A stretch of 64,000 nt of DNA, from positions 126,084-190,083 of the forward strand of contig CABZXU010000001.1 of the NCBI GenBank assembly GCA_902529805.1, in the 5' to 3' direction. The position numbers and the translations under genes were made by a program. This DNA is from an uncultured Marinoscillum sp. Lineage in GTDB: Bacteria > Bacteroidota > Bacteroidia > Cytophagales > MED-G16. Position 1 is the stretch's first letter, and each line of letters begins with the position of its first letter. Below the pieces are notes generated by a model. It did not search any database and was not told where the DNA came from. It saw only the letters and a program-made list of their open reading frames with translations. Positions 20,993 to 30,136 of this stretch are shown one piece after another.

Positions 20993-22558
20993 TTAATTAT
21001 ATCCTGGATTTTGTGTTAACTTGGTGTTAGCATCCATTTGCGACTTAGGAATAGGGAATATATTCTTAGTAGCAGCAGAAGCATCCTTCTCCCACCATGC
21101 ATCGTTAAATTTCCCAAATCTAATTAAGTCTTGTCTTCTAACATTCTCAACATACATCTCTCTACCTCTTTCAGCTAAAAGTTGATCAGCAGTAAGAGTT
21201 CCAGCAAATGCAGTTAAGTTACCAGCACGAGCTCTAATTTGATTTACTAAAGCCAATGCAGTAGCATTATTTCCAAGTTGCATTTCTGCTTCAGCTAATC
21301 CAAGCAGAATATCACCATATCTAAATACAACCCAGTCGTTACTCATGTTAGGGGTACCTCCACTTTCATAAGGATATTTACCAATTCTTGCACCACACTG
21401 GCGACAAGCATCTGGCCAAATAGAATTTATGTAAGGAGTAAAATTCAATTCCAAACCATCATCATCTCCTTCTTCACCTCCAGCTGGATCATCAGTACCT
21501 TGAGGACCTACTATAAAATTTGTAAGTCTTCCATCTATAGTTCCAGTACCAGAAGTCTTTCCTTTAATCACAGTTCCCTGTGTTCCAGGATTGTTAACTG
21601 GATCAATATATGAGTTGTAAAATTCCTCTACAGTAGCATATCCATTCCAAGGTTGAGCTTGTAGTTTATAAGTGTTCTGACTTGCATAATGCAATGTCAT
21701 TTGAACCCAGTTAAAACCACCAGCAAATACTTTGTCATAAGGCACCACAAAAATGTTCTCACCAGAACCTGAGTTATCTATTGCAAAGTTGTCTACATAC
21801 TTTGCTTCAAGAGTATACCCAGCGGCACCAATTGCTTCAGCATCTGCTTTCGCAGCAGCCCATTGAGCTGTTCCTGTATAAACTTCTGCATTAAGATTCA
21901 ATTTATGTCTTATTGCAAGCGCAGCCCACTTTGTCATTCTACCATAAGTAGATTGATCTTTAACAGTAGGAAGCACAGGTATAACAGCATCCAATTCACT
22001 TTTAACAAAAGCATAAACTTCTGCTCTTGAAGAGTTAGCTAAAGCTTCAGTTACCTCAAAATCAATAGATAATGGCACGTTACCAAACATATCTAAAAGT
22101 TGGTAATACCAATATGCTCTTATAGCTCTAAGCTCTGCAATATATGCATCAGCACCATCAACATCTTTAAATTGATAAATTAAACGGTTACATGTGTTAA
22201 CACCAGCATATAATGCATTCCAAGCATTTGTTACAAATCCATTATCAGGAGTATACGTATGTTGATGTACTTGTAAAAGCACACCTCCATCATACCAGTC
22301 ACCACCTCTAGTTGGAACAACTAATTCATCCGAAGATAATTCATTAGTTGACCAAATATTAGAGTGACTTCCCATAGTAGTGAAGTTAGCATAAGCAGCT
22401 CCAAGAGCAGAGATATATTCATCTTCTGACTTAAAGAAGCTAGCAGCATCTAAATCACTATACAATTCTTCATCTAAGTTAGTACAAGCTGGAACGATAA
22501 ATACCAAACCAGCAATAACCAAGATTAGTTCTTTAACTTTTTTCATTAAGTTTTTCAT
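20993..22558 (-). CDS. susD: SusD/RagB-family outer-membrane lipoprotein
   Basis: 521 aa with lipobox VPAC. It lies 19 nt downstream of the SusC-like gene. Size and the TPR-like helical, W/Y-rich composition are typical of SusD homologs. Confidence 0.85.
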   Translation of the reverse strand: MKNLMKKVKELILVIAGLVFIVPACTNLDEELYSDLDAASFFKSEDEYISALGAAYANFTTMGSHSNIWSTNELSSDELVVPTRGGDWYDGGVLLQVHQHTYTPDNGFVTNAWNALYAGVNTCNRLIYQFKDVDGADAYIAELRAIRAYWYYQLLDMFGNVPLSIDFEVTEALANSSRAEVYAFVKSELDAVIPVLPTVKDQSTYGRMTKWAALAIRHKLNLNAEVYTGTAQWAAAKADAEAIGAAGYTLEAKYVDNFAIDNSGSGENIFVVPYDKVFAGGFNWVQMTLHYASQNTYKLQAQPWNGYATVEEFYNSYIDPVNNPGTQGTVIKGKTSGTGTIDGRLTNFIVGPQGTDDPAGGEEGDDDGLELNFTPYINSIWPDACRQCGARIGKYPYESGGTPNMSNDWVVFRYGDILLGLAEAEMQLGNNATALALVNQIRARAGNLTAFAGTLTADQLLAERGREMYVENVRRQDLIRFGKFNDAWWEKDASAATKNIFPIPKSQMDANTKLTQNPGYN

Positions 22559-22577
22559 AATTATTAAGGTTTAAAAT

Positions 22578-25532
22578 TTAAAAAGCTAAGTTTACACCGA
22601 ATGTAAATGTTCTAGCTCTATAGTACGTATTACGTCTTTCAATTCCAATAGCTAATGGATCAACACTTCCAACTCCACCTCCTTGTGAACCATCAAATTG
22701 GTCTTGGTATCTAGCTACTGGATCAACTCCTTCGTAGCCAGTAATCACGATTGGTCTTTGAGCAGAAAAATACAATCTGAAATTACTAATAGCACCATCA
22801 GTAGGAATAGTATATCCTAATGTAATGTTATTTAATTCAAAGTATGATCCTTTCTCTACGTGCGTATTATCAACAGCAGCTTTAGCTACTGTAGCATCAT
22901 AACGCGAAGTCTTTACCACATTCCAGTTTCCTACAGTTGTAGGCTCTGTGTTTTCGTAAAAACCTCTATACGTACTCAAAAGATCGTGACCAAATTCGCC
23001 ATTCCAAAACATTGAAATATCTAAATTTCCAATGTTCATAGTATTAGTCCAGCCTAAAGAAAAATCAGGAAGACCGTTACCAATAACTTGTCTATCATCA
23101 TCACAATCACAGAAAGTTCCATCGCCGTCCAAATCTGCAAATTTAACAGATCCGTCAGCGTTAATACTTTCTCTAACAACTCCCCATAATTGACCAAGTG
23201 TCTCACCTTCTTTCACTCTTACAAGTGTTACAGCACTTTGTCCGGGAGATCCCATTGCAGCTCTGTATAAAAGATCAGTACCTAACTTGTCATCTCCTGT
23301 TCCTAATGTTAATTTGTTAAGCTTACTTGAAGCTGTTCCAAAATTAACACCTGTAGTCCAAGAGAATGAGCTGTTATCAACTAAGTTATAATTAGCAGTT
23401 ACTTCAACTCCAGAGTTTGTTAATTCACCAATATTCAATAATGTTGTTGATACTAGGTTTGGTGGAACTGGAACAGTTACATTCAATAACTGATCTTTTG
23501 TTGTTCTAGTAAACCATTCAATAGCACCAAATAGTTTTGAATTTGCAGTAGCAAAGTCAATACCAATATTAGTGTGAGTTGTTTTTTCCCAAGCTAAATC
23601 TGCGTTAGCATTACTTGTAGGGCCATAACTTGAAACATAAGCTCCATTATAATAGAAGCTTCCAGCGGGCGCAAATCTTTGTAGTGAAAGATAAGAACCT
23701 AATGGCTCATTTCCTGTTTGACCAAGACTAACTCTAAACTTTAGGTTATCAAAACCTTCCATATCAAATAAATCATCTAAACTAGCTCCAGCTCCAACTC
23801 CATAAAAGAATCCCCATTTGTTGTTGACTCCAAATTTTGAAGAACCTTCATAGTTTAAATCAGCATTTATAAAAATGTTATCGTCAAAGTTTAAATTAAC
23901 TCTTCCAAAAAATGCTACTAGTTTATTTGAATTAGCAAAGCTATAAACATTACCCAGCCCATTTGCAAAATCTTGTGCAGCAGCTAGATTGTAATATGAA
24001 AATACGTCCGTTAAGAAGTTTCCACCTTCAGCATGGTATCCTTCATTGAACCACTCTTGATGACGGTAACCAGCAAGTATACCAAGGTTGGTAGTCCCAA
24101 AATTAGTTGCGTAATCAAGTGTTCCCTCAAAGATATCCATAGTGAATTGTTGGTTATCAGTTACAGCAAGACCATTTCTATCAGAACCTCTGAATCTAGC
24201 AGTCTTCTTGTAATAAGCACCTCTTTCAACGTCCGTGACTTGTTTTGTATAAGTCAAATATCCTTTTAATCCAGTAACTATACCTCCAAGGTCAAAATCA
24301 CCTTTGATAGTTCCTGTAAATATATTATCATCACCTTCGTTAACAGTTTGTTCTGCTATTGACAAAGGATTAAAAAAGTCAAAAATAGTTCTTTCAAAGT
24401 ATCCACCGTAAGGTGCTCCCGCAGCTGTAGCATCATATACAGGCATAGTAGGATTAGCAGTAGTTGCATATCTAAATACTTGCTTGAAACCAAAGTTTCT
24501 ATGCATATTAGTATTAGCAACATTTACGCTAAATTCAGCTTTGTCGTTTAATGCTTTTTGAGTAAGACTCAAATTAGCATTGATTCTATCTTGACCAGTT
24601 TTGATTCCAATACCATCTTGATTTCTGTAGTTCAAAGAAACTCTATACATTGTGTTTTCGTTTCCTCCAGAAATTGCTAAGTTGTGAACATGTGTATATC
24701 CCGCATCAGTAACAAGGTCCATCCAATCAGTTGTTGCACCTAAATTTACTGCTCCAGGAACCTGTAGGTATTCAGCAGCTGTCATCACAGGGATTTTTTT
24801 AGCTATCTGATCTACCGATCCAGAAACATTATATTCAACTTTAGTAACTCCTCGACTACCTGTTTTTGTAGTAATAAGAATCACACCACTAGAACCACGT
24901 GTACCATAAATTGCAGCAGCAGCACCATCTTTAATTACATCAATTGATGCAATATCGTTGGGATCTACCGAATCCATTGATCCACCTGCAACTCCATCAA
25001 TAACGATTAAAGGAGAAGCATTAGCTCCAACAGTAGATATACCTCTTAATCTAAGGACATATCCGTCATTAGGGTCACCACCTGGCTTTGAAACTGTAAG
25101 CCCAGCAACTTTACCCTGAAGCAGACCCATTGGATTGTTGTTCAACCCTTTGTTAAAGTCTGATTCTTTTACAGTTGTAACAGCACTTGTTACTTCCTTT
25201 CTTCGTTGATTACCATAACCGGTAACTACGATTTCATCAAGAGAAGCAACATCTAATTGAAGTTGTATACTTATATTAGATTGAGAGCCAACTGTAATTT
25301 CCTGTGAAGAGTACCCAACATATGAAACAACTAACACGTCACCTTCTGCAGCATCGACAGAATAATTTCCATCGAAATCTGTTATGGTACCGGTAGTGCT
25401 TCCTTTAACAATAATGTTAACACCAGGTATTCCTTCACCATTTTCATCTGTTACTGTACCAGAAACAGATTGAGCTAAAAGTACGCTCAGTCCTGACATA
25501 TAGACAAGGACAAATAGTAAAAGCTTTTTCAT
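22578..25532 (-). CDS. susC: SusC/RagA-family TonB-dependent outer-membrane transporter
   Basis: The signal peptide MKKLLLFVLVYMSGLSVLLAQS starts at the internal ATG at 25532; the ORF-track start at 25574 adds 14 unlikely residues. It has a CarboxypepD_reg-like domain (VSGTVTDENGEGIPGVNIIVKGS), a TonB-box region DEIVVTGYG, and a C-terminal aromatic residue (..FGVNLAF). No STN domain is present. Confidence 0.9.
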   Translation of the reverse strand: MKKLLLFVLVYMSGLSVLLAQSVSGTVTDENGEGIPGVNIIVKGSTTGTITDFDGNYSVDAAEGDVLVVSYVGYSSQEITVGSQSNISIQLQLDVASLDEIVVTGYGNQRRKEVTSAVTTVKESDFNKGLNNNPMGLLQGKVAGLTVSKPGGDPNDGYVLRLRGISTVGANASPLIVIDGVAGGSMDSVDPNDIASIDVIKDGAAAAIYGTRGSSGVILITTKTGSRGVTKVEYNVSGSVDQIAKKIPVMTAAEYLQVPGAVNLGATTDWMDLVTDAGYTHVHNLAISGGNENTMYRVSLNYRNQDGIGIKTGQDRINANLSLTQKALNDKAEFSVNVANTNMHRNFGFKQVFRYATTANPTMPVYDATAAGAPYGGYFERTIFDFFNPLSIAEQTVNEGDDNIFTGTIKGDFDLGGIVTGLKGYLTYTKQVTDVERGAYYKKTARFRGSDRNGLAVTDNQQFTMDIFEGTLDYATNFGTTNLGILAGYRHQEWFNEGYHAEGGNFLTDVFSYYNLAAAQDFANGLGNVYSFANSNKLVAFFGRVNLNFDDNIFINADLNYEGSSKFGVNNKWGFFYGVGAGASLDDLFDMEGFDNLKFRVSLGQTGNEPLGSYLSLQRFAPAGSFYYNGAYVSSYGPTSNANADLAWEKTTHTNIGIDFATANSKLFGAIEWFTRTTKDQLLNVTVPVPPNLVSTTLLNIGELTNSGVEVTANYNLVDNSSFSWTTGVNFGTASSKLNKLTLGTGDDKLGTDLLYRAAMGSPGQSAVTLVRVKEGETLGQLWGVVRESINADGSVKFADLDGDGTFCDCDDDRQVIGNGLPDFSLGWTNTMNIGNLDISMFWNGEFGHDLLSTYRGFYENTEPTTVGNWNVVKTSRYDATVAKAAVDNTHVEKGSYFELNNITLGYTIPTDGAISNFRLYFSAQRPIVITGYEGVDPVARYQDQFDGSQGGGVGSVDPLAIGIERRNTYYRARTFTFGVNLAF

Positions 25533-25767
25533 AGTTTGCTTTAATTTGTTATACATATATTTATTAACAATCAATTATTTACTGAATGGGATATAAAAAA
25601 CCCAAATGCGCATAATATTTAGATTGTCGACAATTTTAATTAAGTTAACTGACACAAAAATGCCACATTTTTATATAAAACAAAATAATATATAAGAAAA
25701 TTTTAACATTAGTTTAACATTAAAAAAACATAGAATTTAAATTAAAATTGAAATCGGATAGTGATTT

Positions 25768-25795
25768 AAAAAAAAAGGGATAGAAACTCTATCCC
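25768..25795 (-). terminator. Intrinsic terminator after the SnoaL-like lipoprotein gene
   Basis: Stem GGGATAG/CTATCCC (25777-25783 and 25789-25795) with a 5-nt loop. On the minus strand it is followed by U9 (plus-strand A-run 25768-25776). Confidence 0.7.
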
Positions 25796-25819
25796 TTTGT
25801 ATATTTAAACATAAAATGA

Positions 25820-26323
25820 TTACTCTTGAAGCTGAGCAAATATTCCACCTAAATCAAACCATTCTAAATCATAAGCAATCTTGCCTTCTTCATTAAATTG
25901 GAAAACACCATAATATTTTGTCTCAAAAACTTTTCCTGTTGCTTTATGATTATAATGCCAAGTTCCATATACTCTAACTCCTCCATCTGGAATATAATCC
26001 CCATCACTTACACCGGGATAATATTGCCTGTCTTTGAATTTAAAGTTTTCAAACTCCGCATGCCAACCTTTCATCCCTTCAGCAAAAGCTTCCATCGAAA
26101 GTGAATCATTTGTATTTGGAGGTGACCATACAAGATCATCAGCATAATTATTCATAAATGTTTCAAGATCTCCCTTTTCAAAAAGATCAAAAGTTGCTTC
26201 AGCAATTGCTTTATTTTTTTCAAACTTTGCAACACCTTCATCAAAAGCACTTGTCTCAGGTGCCGGTGGTGTACAACTTACTACCATAAACCATACACTA
26301 AAAATTATCATTAAATTTTTCAT
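25820..26323 (-). CDS. SnoaL/NTF2-like lipoprotein
   Basis: 167 aa with lipobox VVSC. It is a paralog of the N-terminal half of 48191..48979 (FEKGDLE, DGGVRVYGTW, ATGKVFE, EEGKI). The alpha+beta cone-like pattern is an inference. Confidence 0.6.
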   Translation of the reverse strand: MKNLMIIFSVWFMVVSCTPPAPETSAFDEGVAKFEKNKAIAEATFDLFEKGDLETFMNNYADDLVWSPPNTNDSLSMEAFAEGMKGWHAEFENFKFKDRQYYPGVSDGDYIPDGGVRVYGTWHYNHKATGKVFETKYYGVFQFNEEGKIAYDLEWFDLGGIFAQLQE

Positions 26324-26490
26324 ATTTATATTTTTACTTTATTTGACTAATAAACGTAAGTTAAATATATATATTAGATATATCTAGAATTGATACTTTT
26401 ATGTAAGGTTTGTTTTTCAATAGATTGAAAAAAATTATATAATCTAGTGTATAAGAATTATTTTTATAACCTTAATTTATTTATTTATTT

Positions 26491-28329
26491 ATGAAATCTA
26501 AATTTTTACTTTTAACGTATTTCCTATTTTGTGGTATAATATTAAATGCTCAAAAAAATTATATCATACCTGAACCTAAAAAAATTGAATTTATAGATAA
26601 TAATAAAATAGGGTTTAGATTATTCAAAAAATCATCATTAGAATTAATTGGTATTTCAAAAAATGATCAAGCGGTAGAAGATCTTACAAGTTTTATAAAC
26701 GAATTAACAGGTTTTTCTTTATCAGAAAAAGTAAATAAAAAATCTAATATTCTAATAAAAATTTCTTCAGGTATAGAAAACATTGGAGAAGAAGGTTATC
26801 TACTTTCTATTTTACCTAAACAAAACCTGACTATTGAAGCAAATTCTAAAAGAGGCTTATACTATGGTGTTCAATCTCTAAAACAAATTTTATTGTATAC
26901 AAAAGAAAAAAGGGATAATCCTAATTTTATATCTTTTGAAAAAAATGAGAAAATAATAGAAGAAAATTACGATAATGTGGAAGGTGATTTTAATGCTGCT
27001 AACTTAACAACCAAAGGGTATAAATCCATACAAGATCCTGGTGATTTTGTTAGAAATAATAAGTCTGATAATGCAAGAGGAGATTTTACTGATCTTCCAA
27101 GTGCTGAAAGACTTACAATAGATGCATACGAAATACCTTCAATGGTAATTGAAGATTCTCCACGATTTCAATATAGAGGAATGATGCTTGATGTCTCAAG
27201 ACATTTTATGCCTATTTCATTCATAAAAAAATTTATAGAAATTATAGCAATGCACAAAATGAATACCTTTCATTGGCATCTTACTGATGACCAAGGATGG
27301 AGAATTGAGATTAAAAAATATCCTAAACTAACTGCAGTTGGATCAAAAAGAAAAGAAACTTTAGTTGGACATTCATATGAAACGCCAATTTCTCTTGGGA
27401 TAATGAAAAAAAATCCAAATTTTGATGGAATTCCTCATGAAGGATATTATACTCAGGAAGAAATAAAAGATGTTATTGAATATGCTAATAAAAGATATGT
27501 TACTATCATACCTGAAATTGATATACCTGGTCATACATCATCAATGATTGCTGCTTATCCCGAGCTTGGAAGTTCAAAAGAAAATATTGGAGTAAAAACT
27601 TTATGGGGAGTTCAAAATGATATTTTAAATATAAATGAAACAACTTTTGAATTTCTAGAAAATATGTTTAGTGAAATTGTTGATTTATTTCCTTCGAAAT
27701 ACATACATATAGGAGGAGATGAAGCAAGAAAAATTCAATGGAAAAATTCAAAAATTATACAGAATCAAATGAAAGAATTGGGTCTAAAAGACGAAAATGA
27801 ACTTCAAAGTTATTTTATTAAAAGAGTTGAAAAGTTTCTCAATTCAAAAGGTAAAAAGATTATAGGATGGGATGAAATAATTGATGGAGGTCTTGCTCCT
27901 AATGCAACTGTCATGTCATGGAGAGGAGAAGAAGGTGCAATTCACGCTGCCAAATCAGGTCATGATGCAATAATGACTCCGACTTCCCATTGCTACTTTG
28001 ATTATTATCAAGATAAACCAAATAATGAACCTCTTGCTATTGGAGGTTTATTACCATTAAAAAAAGTGTATCTATATGAACCAATACCGCAAGGTTTATC
28101 AAAAGAAGAAAGTAAAAAAATATTAGGTGCTCAAGGAAATTTATGGACAGAGTATATAAAAAAACCAAAAGATGTTGAATATATGATAATTCCAAGAATG
28201 ACTGCATTATCTGAGGTAGTATGGTCACCAAGAAAATTAAGAAATCTAGGTGAATTCAAAAAAAGATTAAAGTCTTTTAAATTTTTCTATGATAAACTAA
28301 ACGTTAATTATAGAAAAAAAGATTTTTAA
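26491..28329 (+). CDS. GH20 beta-N-acetylhexosaminidase
   Basis: 612 aa with a signal peptide and GH20 catalytic motifs HWHLTDDQGWR and HIGGDE. Confidence 0.9.
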   Translation: MKSKFLLLTYFLFCGIILNAQKNYIIPEPKKIEFIDNNKIGFRLFKKSSLELIGISKNDQAVEDLTSFINELTGFSLSEKVNKKSNILIKISSGIENIGEEGYLLSILPKQNLTIEANSKRGLYYGVQSLKQILLYTKEKRDNPNFISFEKNEKIIEENYDNVEGDFNAANLTTKGYKSIQDPGDFVRNNKSDNARGDFTDLPSAERLTIDAYEIPSMVIEDSPRFQYRGMMLDVSRHFMPISFIKKFIEIIAMHKMNTFHWHLTDDQGWRIEIKKYPKLTAVGSKRKETLVGHSYETPISLGIMKKNPNFDGIPHEGYYTQEEIKDVIEYANKRYVTIIPEIDIPGHTSSMIAAYPELGSSKENIGVKTLWGVQNDILNINETTFEFLENMFSEIVDLFPSKYIHIGGDEARKIQWKNSKIIQNQMKELGLKDENELQSYFIKRVEKFLNSKGKKIIGWDEIIDGGLAPNATVMSWRGEEGAIHAAKSGHDAIMTPTSHCYFDYYQDKPNNEPLAIGGLLPLKKVYLYEPIPQGLSKEESKKILGAQGNLWTEYIKKPKDVEYMIIPRMTALSEVVWSPRKLRNLGEFKKRLKSFKFFYDKLNVNYRKKDF

Positions 28330-28350
28330 TAAATAATCATTTTATTTAAT

Positions 28351-28358
28351 TATATTTG
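28351..28358 (+). promoter_or_regulatory. Candidate -7 promoter box (TATATTTG) for metK
   Basis: An exact TAnnTTTG match 116 nt upstream of the metK ATG. The same 10-mer TATATTTGCA occurs at two other putative promoters in the window. Confidence 0.45.
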
Positions 28359-28360
28359 CA

Positions 28361-28473
28361 CCACATCAAGAATACTTAATTGTATACCAACCGAACGATA
28401 ACGGTGGTTTAGTGATGTGGGCATCTCAGTCAAAATCGATTCTCATACTCTAATCTTGATAAAAATAAAAATT
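28361..28473 (+). promoter_or_regulatory. Structured metK 5' leader (candidate riboswitch / translational regulator; class unassigned)
   Basis: Three-helix junction: P1 is 28361-28368 with 28413-28420 (8 bp). P2 is 28372-28375 with 28382-28385. P3 is 28386-28393 with 28402-28408 (7 bp, one bulge). Alternative pairings exist: ATCAAGA 28365-28371 with TCTTGAT 28454-28460, and TCTCATA 28441-28447 with TATGAGA 28473-28479, which covers the start codon. Confidence 0.4.
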
Positions 28474-29718
28474 ATGAGACATCTATTTACTTCAGAATCA
28501 GTGAGTGAAGGTCATCCAGATAAAATGGCTGATCAAATTAGTGATGCATTACTTGATAATTATTTAGCATTTGATAAAAATTCTAAAGTTGCTTGTGAAA
28601 CTCTTGTAACAACTGGACAGGTTGTAGTAGCAGGAGAAATTAAGACAAATTCCATAATAGATCATGATAAGATTATTAGAAATGTTATCAACGATATTGG
28701 ATATAACAAAAGTCAATACCAGTTTGATGCAAAATCTTGTGGTATTTTTTCAGCATTACACTCTCAATCATCAGACATTAATCAAGGGGTTGACAGGATA
28801 GACGAGAAGATGCAGGGAGCAGGAGACCAAGGTATGATGTTTGGATATGCTTCAAATGAAACTGAAGACTTTATGCCAATATCTATTGATTTATCTCATA
28901 AATTATTAATTGAACTTGCAGATGTAAGAAGAGAAAATGATGAAATTAGGTATTTGAGACCTGACTCTAAGTCTCAAGTTACATTAGAATATAAAGATGG
29001 AAAGCCTAATAGAATTGATAGTATTGTTATTTCTACTCAGCATGATGATTTTGATAATGATAATAAAATGCTTAAAAAAATTAAATCAGATATGATTAAT
29101 ATTTTTATTCCAAGATTTTTAAATAATAACCCTCAATACAAAAATTTATTTAACGATAATATAAATTATCATATTAATCCAACTGGAAAATTTGTTATTG
29201 GAGGTCCTCACGGAGATACTGGGTTAACTGGAAGGAAAATAATTGTAGATACATATGGTGGTAAAGGAGCTCATGGAGGTGGAGCATTTTCTGGAAAAGA
29301 CCCAAGTAAAGTTGATAGAAGTGCAGCTTATGCAACAAGGCATATTGCTAAAAATATTTGTGCAGCAAGGCTTTGTGATGAAATTTTAGTTCAAGTAAGC
29401 TATGCTATTGGAGTTGCAAAACCTATGGGTATTTATGTGAATACTTTTGGTACTTCTAAATGCTCAATGAGTGATATTGAGATCTCTAATGTAATATCTG
29501 AAAATATTGGTATGACTCCATATGATATTGAAAACCGACTAAAGTTAAGAAACCCTATATATCTTGATACAGCATCTTATGGGCACATGGGGAGAATACC
29601 TTCGATTGTTAAAAAAGAATTTTTATCATTAGATGGAAATAAAAAAACTTTAGAAGTAGAAACTTTTACATGGGAGAAATTAGATATGGTAGATAAAATC
29701 AAAAAGTTAATAAAATAA
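28474..29718 (+). CDS. metK: S-adenosylmethionine synthetase
   Basis: The start is set at MRHLFTSESVSEGHPDKMADQISD; the ORF-track start at 28417 adds 19 non-homologous residues. Motifs GHPDKMADQISD and GGGAFSGKDPSKVDRS are present. Confidence 0.95.
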   Translation: MRHLFTSESVSEGHPDKMADQISDALLDNYLAFDKNSKVACETLVTTGQVVVAGEIKTNSIIDHDKIIRNVINDIGYNKSQYQFDAKSCGIFSALHSQSSDINQGVDRIDEKMQGAGDQGMMFGYASNETEDFMPISIDLSHKLLIELADVRRENDEIRYLRPDSKSQVTLEYKDGKPNRIDSIVISTQHDDFDNDNKMLKKIKSDMINIFIPRFLNNNPQYKNLFNDNINYHINPTGKFVIGGPHGDTGLTGRKIIVDTYGGKGAHGGGAFSGKDPSKVDRSAAYATRHIAKNICAARLCDEILVQVSYAIGVAKPMGIYVNTFGTSKCSMSDIEISNVISENIGMTPYDIENRLKLRNPIYLDTASYGHMGRIPSIVKKEFLSLDGNKKTLEVETFTWEKLDMVDKIKKLIK

Positions 29719-29724
29719 TAAATT

Positions 29725-30135
29725 ATGAAAAAAACATACAAAGATGTTGATTCTAGTCTTTTAGTTGCGATTCCTAATCCTGATAAAAAGACCTATGAAA
29801 TTAAAATGAAACAACCTGAGCTAACTTTTTTAGGTGTTTATGAACAACCTGATTTTGCTTCATTATATATTTTATTTTATCCAGGAAAAACTATTGTTGA
29901 ATTAAAATCTCTTAAAATCTATCTTCAGCAGTATAGAGATCTTATCATCTCTTATGAAAGATTAATTAATATTCTTTATGATGATTTATTAAAAGTTTAT
30001 AAGCCAAAAAGATTAAGAATAGTTTTAGATTGTAATCCTAGAGGAGGTATTTCTTCTAGACTTACTCAAGATTCTGACTGGAAATCATTAGGAGGTAAAG
30101 AAGAATATAAAAATTATACTGAAGATGTTTGGTAG
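29725..30135 (+). CDS. queF: NADPH-dependent 7-cyano-7-deazaguanine (preQ0) reductase
   Basis: 136 aa, type-I QueF size, with the QueF motif ELKSLKIYL and a C-terminal NPRGGIS. Confidence 0.8.
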   Translation: MKKTYKDVDSSLLVAIPNPDKKTYEIKMKQPELTFLGVYEQPDFASLYILFYPGKTIVELKSLKIYLQQYRDLIISYERLINILYDDLLKVYKPKRLRIVLDCNPRGGISSRLTQDSDWKSLGGKEEYKNYTEDVW

Positions 30136-30136
30136 A

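Noticed and set aside
25533-25574. The ORF-track N-terminal extension of SusC (MIVNKYMYNKLKQT).
   Set aside because: A canonical signal peptide starts at the internal ATG (MKKLLLFVLVYMSGLSVLLAQS), and the extension uses a non-ATG start.
20993-25574. Interpreting the G+C-rich susC/susD block (and the other G+C-rich genes) as a horizontally acquired island.
   Set aside because: There are no flanking mobility genes, tRNA-associated junctions or direct repeats. The elevated G+C tracks protein class (exported, Gly/Ala-rich, probably abundant) rather than contiguous blocks. Horizontal transfer remains possible but is not supported by what is visible.
28417-28473. The ORF-track N-terminal extension of MetK (MGISVKIDSHTLILIKIKI).
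   Set aside because: MetK homologs begin at about M..LFTSESVSEGHPDK. The extension starts at a non-ATG codon and overlaps the structured leader. The ATG at 28474 is the likely start.
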